A stretch of 7,206 nucleotides of DNA from Ascoidea asiatica JCM 7603 (lineage: Eukaryota; Fungi; Ascomycota): contig BCKQ01000039.1 in assembly GCA_001600695.1 (NCBI GenBank), positions 3,566 through 10,771 of the forward strand, in the 5' to 3' direction. Below are positions 1 to 6,142 of the stretch, in pieces; the first letter of the stretch is position 1, and each line of letters starts with the position of its first letter. The notes below the pieces were generated by a model. The model searched no databases. It worked only from the letters and a program-made list of their open reading frames with translations, and was not told the DNA's origin. Both the position numbers and the translations under genes were made by a program.

Positions 1-171
1 ATTTTCAAATGGTATAAATAGAGGTTGTTTTTCCCTTACTTTTCAAAATCATTTTTCTTTATTTTTATTTTATATCTTTAAGAATTTTTATTATAACTTT
101 TATATATTATATTTTAATATATACTAATCATTATTATTATTAATTATCTTTTATAGAAAGCTTATTTTATT

Positions 172-414
172 AGGTAATTCATTCAAACTTGAATTTCAAT
201 CATCAGTTAATATAAATATATTTTTAGATTTATAATTAAAATATTCAATTAATATTCTTTTAAATTGTTTTAAATCATTTAATGGACCATATAATTTTGG
301 TAATTGAGAATCATATTTTGAACTAGAATTGGAATTAGAATTAGAATTAGAATATGAACAACATATTAATATTGCAATTTTATTTGAATTCTGATTTAAA
401 AATTTATAAATTGG
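172..414 (-). repeat. Left arm of inverted repeat (partner 4685..4933)
   Basis: Manual alignment: 243 vs 249 bp, 8 substitutions plus one 6-bp indel in the TCTAAT microsatellite. Confidence 0.92.
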
Positions 415-432
415 AATAATATTTAATAACAT
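172..432 (-). pseudogene. Truncated metacaspase (peptidase C14) paralog, N-terminal fragment only
   Basis: ORF 196..432 is almost identical to the N-terminal part of ORF 4646..5266 (KIAILICCSY...LYGPLNDLKQFKRILIEYFNYKSKNIFILTDD). TGA at 196-198 aligns with TTA (Leu) in the long copy, and homology continues past the stop (NSSLNELP, to ~172). No SGHG or DSCH motif is visible between 1 and 171. Confidence 0.85.
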
Positions 433-623
433 TTTTTATTTTTAGATATACAATTAAATATTTTAAATTCAAAAGATATTAATATATAAATACGTAAAGA
501 AAAAGAAAGAGAATTGATGATAAGAGAATTGAGAATATTTAAATATTTTAAACAGCTAATTAGAAAAGAAGTTTTCAAGAAAATATTTTTACTATGAAGT
601 TTTACTAAATCATTATTAATTAC

Positions 624-803
624 TCATTCATTAAAATTGAATATTGGAATTATTAAAATACGGAAATTCATTTTGGCCCAACAACATTTCAACATTTCTT
701 TCAGCTCTTCGTTTTCTTACAATTCCTCTTTTTCTTCGAATTATTCCTCTTTTTCCAAAAATTGTTATTGTGCTTCTTCTCCTTTTTCAAGTCCAGACAA
801 TTC
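624..803 (-). pseudogene. Decayed Glu/Lys-rich coding relic, family unknown
   Basis: Minus frame reads ELSGLEKGEEAQ*QFLEKEE*FEEKEEL*ENEELKEMLKCCWAKMNFRILIIPIFNFNE*. It has a strong GAA/GAG codon phase with TAA stops at 765-767, 741-743 and 717-719. The + strand Ser-rich ORF 637..891 is its antisense shadow. Confidence 0.35.
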
Positions 804-820
804 AAATCAAAACGAGGTAA

Positions 821-885
821 GTCAAATCAAGACAAATCAAGACAAATCAAGTCAAATCAAGACAAATCAAGTCAAGTCAAGCAAG
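821..885 (+). repeat. 10-bp tandem repeat GWCAARTCAA, 6 units plus a partial unit
   Basis: gtcaaatcaa gacaaatcaa gacaaatcaa gtcaaatcaa gacaaatcaa gtcaagtcaa gcaag, read directly. Confidence 0.93.
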
Positions 886-2825
886 TTCTAAAATGAAACA
901 CTTCACTTTGCTATCTAATTACAGTCTAAGGGTGGCAAAAGTGTTTTACTTGAATAATTTGTGTTCAAAATTTTTCGAAAAAACAATAATTATCAGAAGA
1001 AGAAGAAGATCAATTGTGAGCCATCACGCAGTTGAAAGATAGTTATTTTGTACTTGACACTGTTTATTTATCTTTATCTAATTCAACCTCATTTTTTTTT
1101 CAGTTTTTTTTTTCTTCGACATTTCAAAACAAATAAAAAAAAGTAAATATTGAAATTTCAGAAATAAAAAAATAATATTCCTCAATGCCCATTTACAATT
1201 TCAACAGATTATTTAATTTAAGATCTAATTGACTTTTAATATTTCAAAAGTAGTCTAGAAACAAAATTATCTTCAACCAGGCGCAGTATTGCAGAGAAGT
1301 ATTTGCCAGTTTTCAGTCTTATTTGAAACTTTTGAGGTACTTGAACCAAAACCTTTGTTACTTTGAGGTTTTTTTTTTTACCATAACCCCGGGTCAGAGT
1401 GTTTATTCCAGTGTCTCGAAACCTGAAAACGGTTTTGAACTAAACTTTAACTTTAAAAAACGAGAATTTAAAAACAATCTTTTGCATTTTATTGTTTTTT
1501 TTTCAATTTTTATTTGTTTTCGAAAAAATAAAGCCTGAATTGAAGTACTTATAAGCTCATATTAAAGAAGTCCTTGATCTCTTTTTCTCGAGGAAGAGAG
1601 AAGAAAGGTATTTTCGTGTATTTATATATCAAGAATCAAGGGAGAGTTTAGGACTCAACCTTGTTGAAATGACGAATAAGATGTGGCGATATATGATCTA
1701 AGAGGCTAATGTCATACATTGTGTGACACAATAAGTACATGCCCTTTAAGCCTAATATCCTAACAGAAGTACTCCAAGCTGCAAACTCAAAAAAACTATC
1801 CAAAAAAAAGGAAAATTGAGAGTTGCAATACCACGTGAAGTTCTTTGTTTTAGGAGGTCGCCGAATTCCGGTTTTCCTGAAATGGATTTTATTTTAAATT
1901 GAAATGAACCAACTATTTTTAAAAACTAGTAGCTAAACAACTATTAATATTAACCAACAGCATCAATGGAAACATATAATAGATTCATGAACGCAGTGTT
2001 GGTAACATCAATATTACTTAATGATAAGAATTGCATCTTTCACAATTATTCAATTTTAATTATAATTTGTTTTTCATTTTTGTTTTATTTTATTTTTTTT
2101 TTTATTTTTTAAATTGTTTATGTCACATGTTTTTGTGACAACAAATACAGATGTTTTAAACGTGTTCCACAAATATGGTTTTAAAATTTATTTCAACCAT
2201 TATTTTGGACGCTAATAAAATCATATTGCTTTAACTTTTAAAAGGCAATTTAAATATTGTAAGGTAAAATTATCTTATTAATTATTGTTGGTAGTTTTTT
2301 AGTTAAAGTGCTTTTTAGTATAAAAGCAAAGTTTACTATTTGGCTGCAAAATAAGATTGGTTTATTTGATCAGTTGAATCTATTAAAATGTAAATTAGTT
2401 AAATTTAATTGGTCAACTTTCAAAGCTGCTTTTATTAATTGATTTGTTTTTTCAGTAACTCATTGTTAGATTGAACTTTTGTTTTTATTACTGTAATGTT
2501 CAATTGTGGTTTAAGGTTGTATGCTTTGGTAATTTTGTTTAATCAAAATCAATTTCTTCTTAATTTGTTTTTATGTTTTCGTTATTATTTTGTAGGTGTT
2601 TTAGTTTTACAAATCAATTTTATTTTTTTATTTTAGAAATTCGTTTTGTTTTCAAATAGATATAAATAAGTTGAATATTCTTTATTTATTTTATTTTATT
2701 TACTTATATTTTGATTTAAATTATTTTATTTGATTATATATAATTGTTTATTATATTATGTACATTTATTATTATTTATTTATTACTATTATTATTTTTA
2801 TAATTTATTTATTAATAAATTAAAG

Positions 2826-3038
2826 CTTCATTTAGCATCACGTTTTGCATCTAAGGTTTTTGAAATGCCTGTTTTAGGTCTTGAAGAAGAACATGGTTTA
2901 TTGTCTGTGACGAATTCTCCTCACTGAATGACAACTATAGCTTTTAGTGGTGCAAGTGCTGTTGATTATTGGGCACATTTTTTATCACTCTTATTGGCTT
3001 ACCAAAATCAGGAAACTCAACGTACATCCAAATTATAG
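2826..3038 (+). pseudogene. Coding relic with a single in-frame TGA, family not recognised
   Basis: Frame reads LHLASRFASKVFEMPVLGLEEEHGLLSVTNSPH*MTTIAFSGASAVDYWAHFLSLLLAYQNQETQRTSKL*. Composition is globular-protein-like, GC rises abruptly after a nearly pure A/T tract (~2680-2822), and there is only one internal stop (2925-2927) in ~70 codons. Confidence 0.4.
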
Positions 3039-3512
3039 TAAAATAAAACGAGGATTGACAAGTTTATGGTCGCCTTCTAGGATCCATAGAACTGGCACTC
3101 GTGGATTCTACTTCCCCATCTGCCAGTACAAGTAACGTCACTTAATTTACTGCCGGAGGAACCCACCAATCGAATGTCAAGTTTTACCTTACACAATGGC
3201 ACCTTGTGTCGTAAACAATTGTCGTACGTCTCGTGTTTGTTAATTCTAGTAACTTACAAGGAGCTTTCTGTTGAATATACAACATGTTCATAAAGTGAAA
3301 ATGATTTTGGTGCTAAAATATAAACCTCAGTGTTGTGGTAATAATTACCAAAAACCTGCTACGTCTGAAAATCCTAGATCACCTAGCAACAGTCTAACTC
3401 ATTGGGCCGCATCACCAATTTGCTTCCGCAAATTAAGCTCAACCCAGAATTACGGGTAGTACTACTGGATATTTGCTACTGTGGCAAACGTCCCAGGTTA
3501 AAGTTATAATAA

Positions 3513-3798
3513 TTAAGATCTTTTTAATAATTACAAATCTCTTATAAAATCCTGCACAGTATTTATCATTTTTGTAACAATGTAAAAGTGATCAGAAACT
3601 TTTTTCTTTTTTTAAGAACTTTATAATAATTACAAAATGTTTACTAAATGTGAAGAAGATCTCGCATCATTGTAAAACAATTTCAAAATTCTTAATAATG
3701 TTAAATTATCTTAAGAACTTTTAAAATAATTACAAAAAGATTTATTATACAGGAATCCATTTCCGCGTTGTTGTACAAAAGTAAAAAATTCTTAATAA
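3513..3798. repeat. Degenerate ~99-100-bp tandem repeat, about 3 units
   Basis: TTAAGAWCTTT...AATAATTACAAA starts at 3513, 3612 and 3711; AAAATTCTTAATAA occurs at 3685 and 3785. Confidence 0.7.
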
Positions 3799-4645
3799 GC
3801 TCAAATTTGTCAACACACGACCAATGTCGAAAGTGTGTTTGTGTGCCGTTTGTATGACCTAGCTGATGGTTTTGTGTAATTTGACGAAAATCTGCAAATA
3901 TCAAATTTACTTTTCAAACATTACTTTTATCAATGTAATAAAAGTGGTATCAAAAAGATGAAAAAGAACAAATATTTAATAAAAATAATATATAAAGAAG
4001 GAAAAAAAGTAGCAAAGAAAAATATCTATATAATACTTATAAATAAGTTAGTAGTTAATTCAGATGAATAAATATTATTGTATATGTTAATATTATAATT
4101 CAATCCAATAGTATATATAGTAAATCAAATAATTTTTAGTCCAATTCAAATTTTAAAATGTCTAATTTAGAGGAGGGTAATAATCAATAAATACTTCCAC
4201 TCAAACATAATTTAAAACATGTGATGTTTGCCTTTAGTTCCAGTTTTATTTGCTTTTATATGAGTCTTAATCTCTCTTCTTGTTTGATTTCACTTGCATT
4301 GTATAGCGATTGTAATTCTTTACGACAAATAAAACACAAATACTTATATTAAAGTGTTAGATTACTACCCTAAATAATCTGGGAAATTTTTATATTTTTT
4401 ATTTTAGTTTATCTCATTAAAAACAAAAATCAAAAAACAATCGATAATGTATGTTCAATTGATAAAATTATAAATAATTTTAATATCAAAGAATAAAAAT
4501 GTAATAAATTTATTTAAATTAATAGTAAAATAAAATTAAAAAGTATTTTAAATTCAATTAAATTTCTTCATCTTTTCAATCATGATAACATTATTTGAAT
4601 ATAAATATTTTATAGAGTATATGTTTATCATTTCAAAAAAAAAAA

Positions 4646-5266
4646 ATGTTCTCAAATATTCTTTCAAGTTATAAAGATTTATTCTCAATTCATAAATATT
4701 TAAATCATAATTCAAATAAAATTGCAATATTAATATGTTGTTCATATTCTAATTCTAATTCTAATTCTAATTCCAATTCTAGTTCAAAATATGATTCTCA
4801 ATTACCAAAATTATATGGTCCTTTAAATGATTTAAAACAATTTAAAAGAATATTAATTGAATATTTTAATTATAAATCTAAAAATATATTTATATTAACT
4901 GATGATTTAAATTCAAGTTTAAATGAATTACCAACTAAATTAAATATAGTTAATTTAATAAGAAAAATTGTTAAAAATTATCATAATAATAATAAAATTT
5001 TATTTTATTTCTCAGGTCATGGTTTTCATTTAAATATTAATACCCCTAATGACAATTGTAATGACAATAACAATGAAAATATTAAAAAAATAAGTCTGAT
5101 TGTACCTTTAGATTGTAAAAAAGTTGGATATATTAATATTCATATATTATTAGATTGGTTAACAGATACTAAAAAAAAGAATATTAATATTACTTGTATT
5201 ATAGATTCTTGTCATTCCAGTGGTATAAACTGGAATATTTACCAAAAATTTACGTGGAATAATTGA
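4646..5266 (+). CDS. Metacaspase / peptidase C14 caspase-like protein, p20 domain only; C-terminally truncated, possibly a pseudogene
   Basis: Metacaspase motifs occur in order: KIAILICCSY (cf. RKALLIGINY), LYGPLND, IFILTDD, PTKLNI, LFYFSGHG (catalytic His125, 5018-5020), IVPLD, CIIDSCHS (catalytic Cys189, 5210-5212). The stop comes 17 residues after the Cys. The ATG follows an A-run. Confidence 0.9.
   Translation: MFSNILSSYKDLFSIHKYLNHNSNKIAILICCSYSNSNSNSNSNSSSKYDSQLPKLYGPLNDLKQFKRILIEYFNYKSKNIFILTDDLNSSLNELPTKLNIVNLIRKIVKNYHNNNKILFYFSGHGFHLNINTPNDNCNDNNNENIKKISLIVPLDCKKVGYINIHILLDWLTDTKKKNINITCIIDSCHSSGINWNIYQKFTWNN
4685..4933 (+). repeat. Right arm of inverted repeat (partner 172..414)
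   Basis: Reverse complement of 172..414 with 8 substitutions and one extra TCTAAT unit. Confidence 0.92.
4748..4780 (+). repeat. Coding hexamer microsatellite (TCTAAT)n encoding a Ser-Asn repeat
   Basis: (tct aat)x4 tcc aat tct here, versus (tct aat)x3 tcc aat tct in the paralog at 325-351. Confidence 0.9.
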
Positions 5267-5324
5267 AGATAATGCAAATATTACAATTTATAATTTTTTA
5301 CAAAAATTATTTGAAATTTTTTGA
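5229..5324 (+). pseudogene. Out-of-frame metacaspase p10-like remnant
   Basis: The +1 frame relative to the ORF reads TGIFTKNLRGIIEDNANITIYNFLQKLFEIF*. This resembles the C14 small-subunit helices (G-x-F/M-T-x-x-L/F...N-x-x-I-T-Y-x-x-L-L-x-x-I/L). Recognised by eye only. Confidence 0.55.
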
Positions 5325-5400
5325 ATTTATTCATTTAAAAGTACTCTATACTTTTAATAATTATAAATAGGTATTGTATTTTGATTTTCTTGAAGTGTCT

Positions 5401-5447
5401 TTGGATTTGATTTGAATTTGATTTGAATTTGATTTGGATTTAATTTG
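5401..5447 (-). repeat. Low-complexity (TTTGATTTGAA)-type repeat, CAAAT-based on the minus strand
   Basis: ttggatttgatttgaatttgatttgaatttgatttggatttaatttg, read directly. Confidence 0.8.
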
Positions 5448-5910
5448 TTTATTTGTTTGTTTATTAGACTCTATTGCGATTTGATTAACAAAAATATTTT
5501 TTTCCTTTTTTATTTTATATTATACATTTTATTTATGTTATAATAACTTTTATTAAACTTTAACCAGTCTTTATGAAATATTTATTGAAACTATTGTAAA
5601 AATAATGTAAATAAATCATTTTTTTAAAATTCTAATTTCTTTTTAAGGGGTATTTCTTCTCTTTTTATATCTTTTATAACCTTTTACATATTTTTATATT
5701 TATTGTTGCTTATATTTCTATTTTAGGTAATATATTAAATAAAAGCATTCTATTGGTTAAAGAAATACAACTAAAAAATATTAAAATTACATGACCATGA
5801 ACTTCAATCCATTCAGTTGGTCTCATTTGTGCACGAGGCTTTTTTAGTAGTTTGATTTTGCGAGAAATTTTGGAAATGAAATTTATTTTTAAAAAAGTCA
5901 CAAGACGGAA

Positions 5911-6067
5911 ATGACCCGCAATTTTGTTTTTTTTAATTTTATTTCTTTGATGACCCGATAAATAATCTCGGGTCAGTTTTTACCCCTGTGGAAAATGGGC
6001 TTTATATTTTATATCACGTGCACTTCCAGAATTTAAAACAGTTATTACGTAATTTTTTGTTACGTAA
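5911..6067. promoter_or_regulatory. Promoter-like cluster of CpG-containing motifs
   Basis: TGACCCG at 5912 and 5951 and inverted at 5969-5975 (8-bp IR tgacccga-N9-tcgggtca; one base from the Reb1 site TTACCCG). ATCACGTG at 6013-6020 (Cbf1/bHLH E-box). TTACGTAA at 6045-6052 and 6060-6067 (Yap/Cin5-type bZIP palindrome). A poly-T tract at ~5921-5948. Confidence 0.5.
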
Positions 6068-6077
6068 TATTTCACTC

Positions 6078-6103
6078 TATTATTATTATTATTATTATTA
6101 TTA
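6078..6103. repeat. (TAT)n microsatellite downstream of the LicD/Mnn4-like gene
   Basis: About 8.7 perfect TAT units, 40 bp beyond the stop codon. Confidence 0.9.
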
Positions 6104-6142
6104 CAAGTTATATAAATATACAAATATATAAATATTTATTCA

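Noticed and set aside
637-891. 84-aa Ser-rich ORF on +
   Set aside because: It is the antisense shadow of the Glu-rich relic plus the 10-bp tandem repeat, and has a non-ATG start.
1323-1538. 71-aa ORF on +
   Set aside because: TTG start, homopolymer-derived Phe/Lys runs and no recognisable motif.
624-1760. Alternative genetic code (TAA/TAG = Gln) explaining the interrupted frames
   Set aside because: The two long genes encode Gln with CAA and contain no in-frame TAA/TAG, and the Mnn4-like gene ends at TAA, consistent with standard stops.
1800-1850. KGKLRVAIPREVL as a Ty3/gypsy integrase-proximal motif
   Set aside because: No following HHCC or DDE motif, and no LTR, PBS or PPT found.
2122-2129. 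GTCACATG (and ATCACGTG at 6013) as point-centromere CDEI
   Set aside because: Neither is followed by a >90% AT CDEII and a CCGAA-containing CDEIII at the right spacing.
3220-3250. Possible Helitron 3' end (weak hairpin then CTAGT)
   Set aside because: The stem is only ~5 bp with two G-T pairs, and there is no Rep/helicase remnant.
2947-3459. Short ORFs 2947..3135 and 3271..3459
   Set aside because: GTG/TTG starts and no motifs; expected by chance in the GC-richer island.
3513-3798. CRISPR-like array
   Set aside because: Repeats are degenerate, the 'spacers' resemble each other, there are no cas genes and the context is eukaryotic.
4190-4342. Minus-strand YLCFICRKEL... as a C2H2/BED zinc finger
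   Set aside because: Careful translation gives no His ligands and an in-frame TAA; at most a coiled-coil-like relic.
4554-4745. 63-aa minus-strand ORF
   Set aside because: Antisense overlap with the metacaspase start and low-complexity AT-rich codons.
172-4933. Inverted arms as TIRs of a DNA transposon
   Set aside because: The arms are metacaspase coding sequence with ragged ends; no target-site duplication or transposase was found.
5718-5790. 73-bp GT-AG intron after MRPTEWIEVHGH on the minus strand
   Set aside because: No TACTAAC-like branch point, and the spliced frame stops after five codons (KYKQQ*).
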